Shown here: in pieces, positions 31,037 through 40,341 of the stretch | Layout: every line of letters starts with the position of its first letter | Position numbering within the stretch: position 1 is the stretch's first letter | Source of the DNA: Candidatus Bathyarchaeota archaeon | Lineage (GTDB): Archaea; Thermoproteota; Bathyarchaeia; Bathyarchaeales; Bathycorpusculaceae | DNA length: 64,000 bases | Assembly (NCBI GenBank): GCA_963827165.1 | Contig: CAWGZR010000005.1 | Span: forward strand, 160,001 to 224,000 | Reading direction: 5' to 3' | Made by a program: the position numbers and the translations under genes | The notes under the pieces: generated by a model | The model's input: only the letters and a program-made list of their open reading frames with translations | Told to the model about the DNA's origin: nothing | Databases searched by the model: none

Positions 31037-32038
31037 TTGAAAAACAGGGCACACAACTATCAAGAAACCTTGCGGATTGGTCTGAGACTATACCGTGGGT
31101 TAATTTTGAACTCATTTGGAGCGAAAGCGCCTTTGTTTGGCGGGCATAAGTTAACTTATAAATGTAATCTAAAGTGTAAAATGTGCCCTTTCTGGAGACG
31201 ATCCAGCGAAGATCTAAGCACCCAAAAGGAAAAAGAAATTCTTAGACAACTTTACTACTCAGGCGTCTGCGCAGTCGGGCTCGAAGGCGGAGAGCCGCTC
31301 CTCAGAAAAGACTTGCCTGAAATCCTAGCCTATTCCAGTTCCCTACCTCTACACACGAGCATCATAACGAATGGAACGCTTCTCAAATCAAGGATAGATG
31401 AAATAGCCCCATACATCAGCGGCAAGGTCGTTGTTTCCTTAGACGGCACGGAGAAAACTCATGACTTGATCAGAGGAGTTGATGGTTGTTTCAAAAGAGC
31501 GGTAGAGGGCATAACTGCAGCAAAGGACAAAGTGTCAATAGCCATCAATATGACGGTAATGGCTGACAATTTTCATGATGTTGAAGACATAGTGAAGCTT
31601 GCGAAAGATTTAGGTGTAAAAATAGTGTTATCGGTCGCCCATGAATACAGAAGCACCGATGCTACAGCACCAGAAACTGACGAACTCAAAAAAGTCGCTC
31701 AACAGCTAATTTTACTAAAGAGAAAAGGTTATCCCATCATGAACACAACAAGTTACTTAAAAGTGATAGCTAAAGAAAGAAACTGGAACTGCAAACCCTG
31801 GTCGGTCGTCAATATTGGCACAGATGGTCGTTTGGTTCTACCTTGTTATGTTCATAATCAGTATGAGACAGGGATTTCTGTTTTTGAGAACAGCATTAAA
31901 GCGGCGATTTCTGCTTTCGATTGGGAAGCAATGCGTGGTTGCATAAAATGCAATCTTCATTGTTATGTAGAGCCGTCTCTTGTACTTTCTTGGGATTTGC
32001 GTAGCTGGGCAGACTGGATTTTCCCAACAGGAAAATGA
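31037..32038 (+). CDS. radical SAM protein with SPASM/twitch-like C-terminus
   Basis: CNLKCKMC, GGEPLL, C-terminal C..PC and C..C...C. Confidence 0.9.
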   Translation: MKNRAHNYQETLRIGLRLYRGLILNSFGAKAPLFGGHKLTYKCNLKCKMCPFWRRSSEDLSTQKEKEILRQLYYSGVCAVGLEGGEPLLRKDLPEILAYSSSLPLHTSIITNGTLLKSRIDEIAPYISGKVVVSLDGTEKTHDLIRGVDGCFKRAVEGITAAKDKVSIAINMTVMADNFHDVEDIVKLAKDLGVKIVLSVAHEYRSTDATAPETDELKKVAQQLILLKRKGYPIMNTTSYLKVIAKERNWNCKPWSVVNIGTDGRLVLPCYVHNQYETGISVFENSIKAAISAFDWEAMRGCIKCNLHCYVEPSLVLSWDLRSWADWIFPTGK

Positions 32039-32153
32039 TGTCTAGTTTTAATGACTAGTATTAATGTGACGTTAAAATAAAATATCATAACCATTATTAT
32101 TTTAGTGTTGTTAGTGCAATAGTGTTATATAGTGTGGATTACAATAGTATTTT

Positions 32154-32465
32154 GTGAATCAAATGTCAAATCTGGAAAAAAATATTCACAAAAAAATAAT
32201 AGCAAAAGCTACTCCAGTAAAAGAAATACCTGAAGGAAGAAAACGAGTCAAGATTCCGGAGTATGACGCAGTTTTCAAGCAGATTATTGAAAGCCCAGAG
32301 GAAATGTTCAAGGTTGAAGTGGAAGGCAAAACAGTAAGATCCCTGTACGCACCGTTTTCATTCAGAGTCAAATTATATAACAAGATACCCAATAGAAAAT
32401 TCAACGTTGCACTTAGAGTCCGAAACAAAGAAATCTACATAGTCAAACAGGACAAAAAGGCATAA
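32154..32465 (+). CDS. small basic hypothetical protein (AT-rich)
   Basis: 103-aa Lys-rich ORF. Confidence 0.55.
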   Translation: MNQMSNLEKNIHKKIIAKATPVKEIPEGRKRVKIPEYDAVFKQIIESPEEMFKVEVEGKTVRSLYAPFSFRVKLYNKIPNRKFNVALRVRNKEIYIVKQDKKA

Positions 32466-32542
32466 TCTCTCAATTCGTCTTGCGGTTGCCAACCAGGTTC
32501 AACCCAACTCGTTTCATCATAACAACAATTTGGGAGCCGCGT

Positions 32543-33136
32543 CTACTTAACTACGCGATAGTGCATATGGATTACTCCCGAAGAAGACTCAATTATTCTG
32601 GTTGTCTTAAGTTCAACTATGTTGGCGCCTTCATGATAGAATAGTCGCACTCCATCACCTAAAAGAAAAGGCGAAATGTGTACATTAATTTCATCAAGAA
32701 GCCCTGCTTCGATACACTGCTTGGCGGCGTTAGCACCCATTAAACCCACCTTCTTTCTGCCTGCCACCGCTTTTGCCTGCTTGATTGCACTCTCGATTCC
32801 GTCAGTAACGAAGGTAAACTTGGTTGCCCCTTTCGGCACCGTAATCGGAGGCCTATATGTAAGCACAAAGAAAGGGACTGGAAGAAAGAAGCTTCCTTAC
32901 CATGCCTGCGAAACATCATAGGTTCGCCTGCCTGCAACCATTGCACCCAAAGTTCTTGCCCCTTCATCAAAATATTTTGCGTCTTCACGTGAAAGTTTGA
33001 ATTTCAAAGTTTCGGTGCTAAAGGCACTGGGGGTATCACCATTAAAGTACCAGTCAAAAATCCTGCCAGGATTATCTTTCGGATCAGCGATAAACCCGTC
33101 AAGCGACATTGTAACATCCCAAATAACCTTCGCCAT
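32543..33136 (-). pseudogene. RibD-C/dihydrofolate reductase-like protein with in-frame TAA
   Basis: MSLDGFIA, GRRTYD, then W*GSFFLPVPFFVLT continuing in the same frame to GLLDEI, LLGDG; TAA at 32897-32899. Confidence 0.85.
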
Positions 33137-33579
33137 TTCACTCGCCGCTAAAAAATCGAATATTTGTTCATTTAACCTTCGCTCGCGATAGCATTAAAGT
33201 TTACTGGTAAAATATGAAAAGATTTTTCGAAGTCATTTTACTTTCTAAATAGCATTTGGCTGCATAATTATGGGTTAGTTTCTTTCCTCACGTTAGCCTT
33301 TCATGTTTCATTGTTACTTTTAGAACAACTGTAACTACTATCACCGCGGCTAATCCGCCATAACTACATGGAGTACTTGCATCCAACTTGACTGTTCTGA
33401 TGGCTGAGTTGTGCCTACTTGTGGAGGGGGAGGGCTTCCTTGACCATTTGATCAAATGTTGATTACCGCAAAACTGCTGACCTAAGCCGCCAACGACAAC
33501 CCGACCTAGCTTTCGGCATCATCCACAAATTTCCGTAATCCTTAACCGTCGCCTTTCACGTATAACTTTACTAAAGTTT

Positions 33580-34326
33580 ATGCTAAGAGGTAACCGTTTG
33601 ACGGCTGCACGAAATATTTGGAAGAATGAGTATTTCAAAACTGTGGTTGCAGTCGTTTTGATCGTCGCAATAGTTTTTGGCTTGTTTTTCGGCTTACGGG
33701 CAGCTTTGAATACTCCCGACCCAGCATTAACGGTTGTCAGCGGCAGCATGAGTGTACCCTATGACGCAGCCGACTACAACTTCTGGCTAAACATTGAGAC
33801 ACCGTTTGATCGAACCTTAAGCGTAGGCGACATCATAATTATTCAAGGAGTTAACCCCAAAGACCTAAACACGAACTACCCAAACAGCGACATCATTGTC
33901 TTCCATGAACCCGGCGACTACGGCACATTAATTGTACACCGCATCGTACGTGCCGAAACAATTAACGGCACACTATACTTCATTACAAAAGGTGACGGGA
34001 ACGGGGACAAAAATCCTTGGCCTCAAACACCGACGTCAGGATTCGACACGTGGGACAGCAACAACCCGCCCGGAGTACCGGCAAGCTATGTGGTCGGCAA
34101 GGTGATTATGCGTATTCCATGGTTTGGGTGGGTGACAATATTTATCCATGATAACCAGTGGGGTTTACCAGCAATAATTGTAATAATCATGTTGATTGCA
34201 ATCGTTGAATTTGTTGTGCCTGTGCTAAGAGAAAAGAAGCCTCAGCAAGACCAGCAAAACCAAGCGCCGCCGCAAAACCCTAATGAGCCTTCAATCGCTA
34301 TTTCTCATCTTTGCGCACTCTTGTAG
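33580..34326 (+). CDS. signal peptidase I (Sec11-like)
   Basis: VVSGSM, GDIII, IVHR, TKGD.N. Confidence 0.9.
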   Translation: MLRGNRLTAARNIWKNEYFKTVVAVVLIVAIVFGLFFGLRAALNTPDPALTVVSGSMSVPYDAADYNFWLNIETPFDRTLSVGDIIIIQGVNPKDLNTNYPNSDIIVFHEPGDYGTLIVHRIVRAETINGTLYFITKGDGNGDKNPWPQTPTSGFDTWDSNNPPGVPASYVVGKVIMRIPWFGWVTIFIHDNQWGLPAIIVIIMLIAIVEFVVPVLREKKPQQDQQNQAPPQNPNEPSIAISHLCALL

Positions 34327-34501
34327 AATCCGCGGAGCTCTTCCGTTTTTTTTGGCATTCTTGCCTAAGCAAGATTCATGCTTTAGACCAAGAAAACAAC
34401 CTAAAAACGCGCACAAAGGATAACCTGCTTGTCATTCAAGGTAATCAAATAGGTCAAAATCTAACTGAAGAATTAAAAGAAAACTAACGAAAAATGGGAT
34501 T

Positions 34502-35386
34502 TTAGACTTGTACGCCTTGGGTTGGGTCTTCGATGACTTTTTGGAACTCAGCTATCAGCTTCTTTGTTATGGGTCCGGGTTTGCCTGTGCCGATTTGTCG
34601 TTTGTTGACCTCCCGGATGGGCACCATCTCCATCGCGGTTCCTGTGAAGAAGGCCTCGTCTGCGCTGAAGACCATGAATGGCGTCAGGTTGGTGACTGAT
34701 AGTTTTATGCCGAGTTCGGCGGCGAGATGACTCACAACGTCAGCGGTGATGCCTGCAAGGGCCCCTACCGAAGTTGGCGGAGTCAACAATTCACCGTTTT
34801 TAACGATGAAGACGTTTTCGCCAACGCCTTCAGCTACGCAGCCGTTGCTGTCAAGGCAGAGAGCTTCGTCCACGCCGCATGCATTAGCTTCGATCTTTGC
34901 AAGGACGCTGTTGAGGTAGTTGAGTGACTTTATTTCGGCTGAGGTTGAATCCACAGTGTTCCGTCTAACCCAAGAAAACATTGTTGTTATGCCTTTTTCT
35001 TTAGCATTGCCTGCTCGGATAGAGATTGTGTCCGTTATGATTATAATGGTTGGTTTAGGGCATTTACGTGGATCTAAGCCTAAGTCTCCAACGCCTCTGC
35101 TGACGACTAAACGGATGTAAGAGTTCTTCATCTTGTTTCTTCTAAGGGTTTCAACGACGGCTTTTGACATTTCTTCTTTTGTTAGCGGTATGTCCAGAGT
35201 TATGGCATGTGCTGAATGATAGAGGCGATCCACATGCTCTTTTAACTTGAAGACAACGCTGTTGTACTCGCGGATTCCCTCGAAAACCCCGTCACCGTAG
35301 AGAAATCCGTGGTCAAAGACCGAGATTTTGGCCTGTGACTTAGGGTAGTACTGACCATCAATGTAAACTTCTGGTTCGGTGCTCAT
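34502..35386 (-). CDS. ilvE: branched-chain amino acid aminotransferase
   Basis: DHGFLYGDGVFEG, KSLNYLNS, EAFFTGTA. Confidence 0.95.
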   Translation of the reverse strand: MSTEPEVYIDGQYYPKSQAKISVFDHGFLYGDGVFEGIREYNSVVFKLKEHVDRLYHSAHAITLDIPLTKEEMSKAVVETLRRNKMKNSYIRLVVSRGVGDLGLDPRKCPKPTIIIITDTISIRAGNAKEKGITTMFSWVRRNTVDSTSAEIKSLNYLNSVLAKIEANACGVDEALCLDSNGCVAEGVGENVFIVKNGELLTPPTSVGALAGITADVVSHLAAELGIKLSVTNLTPFMVFSADEAFFTGTAMEMVPIREVNKRQIGTGKPGPITKKLIAEFQKVIEDPTQGVQV

Positions 35387-35462
35387 TTGACTTCACGTTC
35401 AATGTTTCATATTATTCGGTTGTTTGATATAGTTTATGCAGATGATACGTATATTTCGTTTG

Positions 35463-37361
35463 TCAACCATGGAATTGTGGCCGCTTGGAAAGGTACAACG
35501 GCAAAGGCAAAGGCTTGAATGGTTTACAAGCGATTTTCTCAGATACCTTAGCGATTAACTCTTCAACAGTCATTGTCTGCTGCTGACCCTTGAGCCCGCG
35601 TTCCCGAACGGATAAGTTACCTGACTCAATCTCTTTCTCACCCACCACAACGATGTAGGGCACCCACTCCTGCTCGCCTTCACGGATCTTTTTCTGCAAG
35701 GTAGACGCGCTGTCATCTATGTCCACGCGTATGCAGTGCGACGTGATTTGTCCCGCGAGCTCCTCTACCTTATCCAGGTATTTGTCAGAAATTGGGATAA
35801 GCCGAACCTGAGTCGGCGAAAGCCATAGAGGCAGCATTGGCGCTTTGCCAGCCATTTGTTCACGGTAAGCCTTCTCCAAAAGCGCGTAAATGTCCCGTTC
35901 GATGGCGCCGCTTGGACTGCAATGCAGAATCAGCGGGTACTGTTTTTCGCCTTTCTCGTCGACGTAGGTTATTTCGTAGCGTTTGGCGTTTTCAACGTCG
36001 ATTTGGTCGGTGCTAAGAGCGGCGGCTTTGTCTTGGTTGTCGACGAAGTTTAGGTCCCATTTGAGGACGAAGTAGAAGAACCGCTCGTTCCATACTTCAG
36101 CCAACATGGGTTTGCCAAAAGCCTTCACGATTTCAGTTATGAACTCTCTGTGCTCATCGTAGAAGGAACGTGTGAAGCGCATCGCGACTTCGTAATCATC
36201 TTTTACAAGCCCGATGTCGTTTAGAACATCAATGCTTAGGTTAAAGCGAACCATGAACTCTTTCTTGGCTTGATCCAAATCAGCGCATAAGGCGTGGCAA
36301 TCAGGCATTGTAAAGGCTCTAAGGCGTTTTAAACCGACGACTTCGCCGCTTTTTTCTCGTCTAAAACTGTATCGCGTCAACTCGTAAAGCTTGATGGGCA
36401 GTTGCTTGTAACTTATTTGTGCGTCGTGTGCCATGAGGAATTGCCCGAAGCATGCTGCAAACCGCAGGAAGAGTTCTTTGTCTTCGGATTTAAGGGTGTA
36501 TTGGCGGGCTGGGAATCGGTTAAGGTAGCTGGCTAGGCTCGGATGGTTGAAGTCGTACATGATCGGGGTTTCAACTTCCATGCCTCCGTAAGCAGCCACT
36601 CGTGTGGTAACGTACTGTTCAAGTAGCGACTTAATCATGCGTCCCTTCGGATACCATCTGATGTTTCCAGGGTCGCTTCCTGGTTCGTAATCAGCTATCT
36701 CTAATCTTTTCATCAATGTAACGTGCGGAGGCATCACGGTGACTGCTCGCGCTTTCTTAATCTCGTACTGAGAAAACTTTTGTAAATTAACGTGTCCTTT
36801 GAACTTGAACTCTTCAATAGGCACCAAGGAGCCATCAGGCATCAGGACATTCCAAAATGACTTCATCTTCTCTTCAGCTTTCAATGCTGCGGAAACTGGC
36901 TCCTCCTCTTTTTTGCAGACAACTTCTGATTTACCCGCTGCTTCAGCTACAACGGGTCCGTAGCTGCGTGCCTGTTCAGCAAGCGGGTGACCCTTTATGG
37001 AGATGGTGAACTGCTTGTTCCACCCGAATGGAGCCCGATAAGTCTCGATTCCTTTCTCATTCGCGTAAGCTTCCATATCCTTTATGATTTTGAGCGCTTG
37101 GCTTGGGTTGCTGAGATTGCTGCTCAAATGAGCGAATGGGTAAATGAGTATTCGATTGGTTTTCTGTTTCCCTAAAAAGCCGCGGACATCATCTATGGCT
37201 TTCTGCGCCGTGGAACCGTTATCGCCTTCTTCTACGGCAGTGAAAAGCACTACGACTTCTTCAAAGCGATTTTCTTTTATCTCCGCTTCTTCGGCAATAG
37301 CGATTTCTTTTTGGACAGGTTTAAAAACAATAAAGTTAGAATGCAACTGAAGTATTCGCAT
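35463..37361 (-). CDS. thrS: threonine--tRNA ligase (archaeal type)
   Basis: MRILQLHS editing domain, YPFAHLS, KGHPLAE, RFAACFG, LHCSPSG. Confidence 0.97.
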   Translation of the reverse strand: MRILQLHSNFIVFKPVQKEIAIAEEAEIKENRFEEVVVLFTAVEEGDNGSTAQKAIDDVRGFLGKQKTNRILIYPFAHLSSNLSNPSQALKIIKDMEAYANEKGIETYRAPFGWNKQFTISIKGHPLAEQARSYGPVVAEAAGKSEVVCKKEEEPVSAALKAEEKMKSFWNVLMPDGSLVPIEEFKFKGHVNLQKFSQYEIKKARAVTVMPPHVTLMKRLEIADYEPGSDPGNIRWYPKGRMIKSLLEQYVTTRVAAYGGMEVETPIMYDFNHPSLASYLNRFPARQYTLKSEDKELFLRFAACFGQFLMAHDAQISYKQLPIKLYELTRYSFRREKSGEVVGLKRLRAFTMPDCHALCADLDQAKKEFMVRFNLSIDVLNDIGLVKDDYEVAMRFTRSFYDEHREFITEIVKAFGKPMLAEVWNERFFYFVLKWDLNFVDNQDKAAALSTDQIDVENAKRYEITYVDEKGEKQYPLILHCSPSGAIERDIYALLEKAYREQMAGKAPMLPLWLSPTQVRLIPISDKYLDKVEELAGQITSHCIRVDIDDSASTLQKKIREGEQEWVPYIVVVGEKEIESGNLSVRERGLKGQQQTMTVEELIAKVSEKIACKPFKPLPLPLYLSKRPQFHG

Positions 37362-37376
37362 GGCAACTCACTTCTT

Positions 37377-37592
37377 TTAGTGACCCCAACGCAACCTATC
37401 AAGCGTCTTATCCTTTTTAGTCTTCTTCTTATACTCTTTATAATGCTCTTTGCAGATGAAAACGCGTTTTTCCTGGCTGCTAACACTTAAGCCGGCAGCC
37501 TTGACTTTGTCAGTTGTGATGGAGCGGGCAGCCTCTCTGCTGCAACCTGAAACGCTACATTTTACTCCTTTTTCGATGCGACCCACAGTCAA
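37377..37592 (-). CDS. small Zn-binding protein
   Basis: CSVSGC...CKEH; operonic with thrS. Confidence 0.75.
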   Translation of the reverse strand: MTVGRIEKGVKCSVSGCSREAARSITTDKVKAAGLSVSSQEKRVFICKEHYKEYKKKTKKDKTLDRLRWGH

Positions 37593-37627
37593 CGCCTCAG
37601 TTCACTATTTTTATTCAGTAATGCACG

Positions 37628-38557
37628 CTATTGCTTAAGTTCCTTTTCATACAAAACCTTGGCTCTCTGGTAAATTTCTTCCGTCTTCCCAAAGTAGGTG
37701 GGACCAATTCCTTCCACAACAAACGAGGCAGCGGCAGATCCAACACAGGCACACCATATTGACTCTTTCTGTCGAAGGTACTCAGTCAGGAAAGCACCGA
37801 TAAAAACGTCTCCTGCACCAGTCGGGTCGACAAGAACCTGTGAAGGGCAAGCGGCAATATTGAATTGCGCGCCTTCAACGGAGAGCACTGAGCCCTTAGC
37901 GCCCAACGTGACAATCACAGTTCCAACACCGAAATCGTGAACAACCTTCAACGCAGCCTTGAGATCGGATTGATCTGTTAAGGCAAAGATTTCCGCTTGA
38001 GAAGACTTGTAAATGTTGATTAAACTAAGTATTCGTTTGTCAACCGAAGCGCTTTCAGTTACGTTTCCAGCTTTATCGAAGCTTCGAAGCAGACCCTGCG
38101 GATCCAGCGACAAAACGCTTGTACATTGCTTGAGACGCTCGATTACTTCGAAAGATACTTCGTTGGCGATAGGCGCAACATGAACCGATTTAGCTTTTAG
38201 ATACTCAGGCAAATCCGCCAACTCTATTGGAGCGCCTTTGCCCTTTAAACTCAGGGTTCTCTCAGACAAATCTTTGGTGTAAGCTAGCTCAAAGCTCGTT
38301 GAAGACTCATCAGTTTTTTTGATAACAGCTGAAAGATCGATGCCTTCCTGCCTTAGCCACCAAAGGTAGGCTTCTGGGAAGTTGCCGCCGACTTTTGAGA
38401 TTACTGATGTAGTCGCATCCAAGCGTTTGGCGGAAAGTGAAGTGTAGGTTGCAGCGCCGCCTAGAATAGTAAATGGGGCGGTTCTGCTGGGCAGTAAAAT
38501 CGTGTCGATGCATAAGTGGCCGACAACCGCTACATCGACGTTTTGAAGCACTCCCAA
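37628..38557 (-). CDS. PfkB family carbohydrate kinase
   Basis: GGAATY, DPTGAGD. Confidence 0.9.
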   Translation of the reverse strand: MGVLQNVDVAVVGHLCIDTILLPSRTAPFTILGGAATYTSLSAKRLDATTSVISKVGGNFPEAYLWWLRQEGIDLSAVIKKTDESSTSFELAYTKDLSERTLSLKGKGAPIELADLPEYLKAKSVHVAPIANEVSFEVIERLKQCTSVLSLDPQGLLRSFDKAGNVTESASVDKRILSLINIYKSSQAEIFALTDQSDLKAALKVVHDFGVGTVIVTLGAKGSVLSVEGAQFNIAACPSQVLVDPTGAGDVFIGAFLTEYLRQKESIWCACVGSAAASFVVEGIGPTYFGKTEEIYQRAKVLYEKELKQ

Positions 38558-38605
38558 ACCCCTTGAAGATATTATGTGGTCATCAAAGATATAAATAACT
38601 AACAG

Positions 38606-38971
38606 TTACGATTGAAGTAGCAGTATTGCCTTTGCCAAATCGCCTTGGCATTCCTCAAGCGCTTCTTTGGCCTTATCCAAGCTTTTGCCAGTTTGATCCG
38701 CCACTAGCCGCACATCCTCTTCAGAAAAAGTTGGCTGCGTTGCTTTTGCTGATTGACGTTGAGATGGAGCTTGCTCTGAAACCTCGCCGCCGATAACCTG
38801 ATACATTTTTTGACCCTGAACTTCTAAAATTGCTACTTGAGGTTCATCGATAACAATGTCTTTTGTATTTGTTCTGATTATAACTTGCTGGACATCCGGA
38901 ACAGTATCCATGTTCATACCCATTCTCTGCATCATACGTCTTTGCTCTCTTGGATTCATCCGCTTATTCAC
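38606..38971 (-). CDS. nac: nascent polypeptide-associated complex protein
   Basis: NPR...RMMQRMG; C-terminal UBA-like GDLAKAIL. Confidence 0.92.
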   Translation of the reverse strand: MNKRMNPREQRRMMQRMGMNMDTVPDVQQVIIRTNTKDIVIDEPQVAILEVQGQKMYQVIGGEVSEQAPSQRQSAKATQPTFSEEDVRLVADQTGKSLDKAKEALEECQGDLAKAILLLQS

Positions 38972-39259
38972 TGGTCTTCACTTCCCAGAAGTATCTGCAA
39001 TAGAACTTGATATAAACCTTAACTTTCCCTAAGCTTTTTCCGTTTGTTTTTGTCCAAAAATGGTTTTTGGGATTGATCAAACGGAATCGGAATGCAAGCC
39101 TTAACGGTCAACACGACGCCAGCTTTAGTTGACATTGACGACCAACCAAACAACCCACGGCTGGACCCACACTAAAGACGAAATCCCAGTTGCAGTCGCC
39201 ATTTCCTCAATGCAAATAAAACATGCACTAAGCTCAGATGGACGATTCGCCTTAAGAAA

Positions 39260-39727
39260 TCAATTCTTAAGTGCGCCATGGCGCACCTTAACAGCTACCC
39301 CGCTCTTGAACGCCTTCATTTCCACGCTTGAAAGCATAGCCTTCCCGACGGCCAAAACTGTCCCGTTTTCATCGACGACAATTGCTTCGTCACTCGCGCG
39401 GATCTCAGGATCTACCTCAGTTACGTGCACTGCGAAAACATCTCCGCCCTCAGCAATATATTTTGAGACATCATTTTTCACGGTTACAAAACAATGGGCA
39501 AAGACAACGTTTTCAGCAATGAATTGGGCAGCTTTGACGCTTAGTGAAAGCAAGCCGTCGGTGGGTCGAAGGGTCGCGAGTCTGTTCCCGCCCAAGTTGA
39601 TGAATCGGATTCTTCCGGTTTTTGGAGAATGTTCGGTCTGTACATTTTCTGGAAACAGCTTTGTGCCTACGCCTTTTCCAAATTGGTAGTCGGCGATGGC
39701 TCTTATTTTCGCAAGCTCGTTCTCCAA
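39260..39727 (-). CDS. PUA-domain protein (TGT C-terminal-like)
   Basis: IADYQFG, TGRIR, LRPTDG, GVAVKVR. Confidence 0.88.
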   Translation of the reverse strand: MENELAKIRAIADYQFGKGVGTKLFPENVQTEHSPKTGRIRFINLGGNRLATLRPTDGLLSLSVKAAQFIAENVVFAHCFVTVKNDVSKYIAEGGDVFAVHVTEVDPEIRASDEAIVVDENGTVLAVGKAMLSSVEMKAFKSGVAVKVRHGALKN

Positions 39728-39813
39728 GTTTTCACCGTCAACATGTTTTTGGGGCTTTCGACAAGTATAAACATAACAAGATAATAAACAGTGTGAAAGG
39801 TGAAAAGTTTACA

Positions 39814-40341
39814 TTGAGATGCGAGGTCTGCGGACACAAAATCCATACAGAACCGGTAACTGCGATAATTGAAGGCGCACGGCTGACCGTTTGCGTAGAA
39901 TGCGCAAAACATGGAAAAATAGTCCACCAAGAAGAAGTAGCCCTTCCAAAGCCCACTCAGAAGAAAACTCTGGTGCCAATGGCCGTGATGCAGAAGAAAC
40001 CCGCGGTTGTCAGCGTACAGATAACTCAGGAACTAACTCAAGACTACGCGAATAAAATTAGGGTTGCTCGTGAGAAACTGGGGTTAACCCATGACGAACT
40101 GGGTAAAAAAATCAACGAGAAAGCGTCAGTTTTAAGAAACCTTGAAACGGGCAAGATGGAGCCGAACAACCAGTTGGCCTCAAAGCTTGAGCACATGTTA
40201 AAAATCAAGCTGCTTATCCCGATCTCAGAAGAAAAAGCCAATCAGATTCCCAAATCCGCCAACCAAGAGTTAACGTTGGGCGACCTTATCGAGATAGATG
40301 AGAAAGACGCGGAGGCGGCTACTAAACGAAAGCCGTCATAG
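39814..40341 (+). CDS. mbf1: archaeal multiprotein bridging factor 1
   Basis: TTG start; CEVCG...CVEC Zn ribbon, HTH (AREKLGLT), TLGD motif. Confidence 0.92.
   Translation: MRCEVCGHKIHTEPVTAIIEGARLTVCVECAKHGKIVHQEEVALPKPTQKKTLVPMAVMQKKPAVVSVQITQELTQDYANKIRVAREKLGLTHDELGKKINEKASVLRNLETGKMEPNNQLASKLEHMLKIKLLIPISEEKANQIPKSANQELTLGDLIEIDEKDAEAATKRKPS

Noticed and set aside
32897-32899. Stop-codon reassignment or Pyl/Sec readthrough
   Set aside because: TAA, TAG and TGA all terminate bona fide genes here; a single nonsense change is simpler.
28157-33540. Intact provirus or ICE at tRNA-Val
   Set aside because: No integrase, viral genes or att repeat seen.
39622-39813. N-terminal extension of MBF1 in the ORF track
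   Set aside because: It overlaps the divergent PUA gene; homology starts at TTG 39814 after an SD (AGGTGA).
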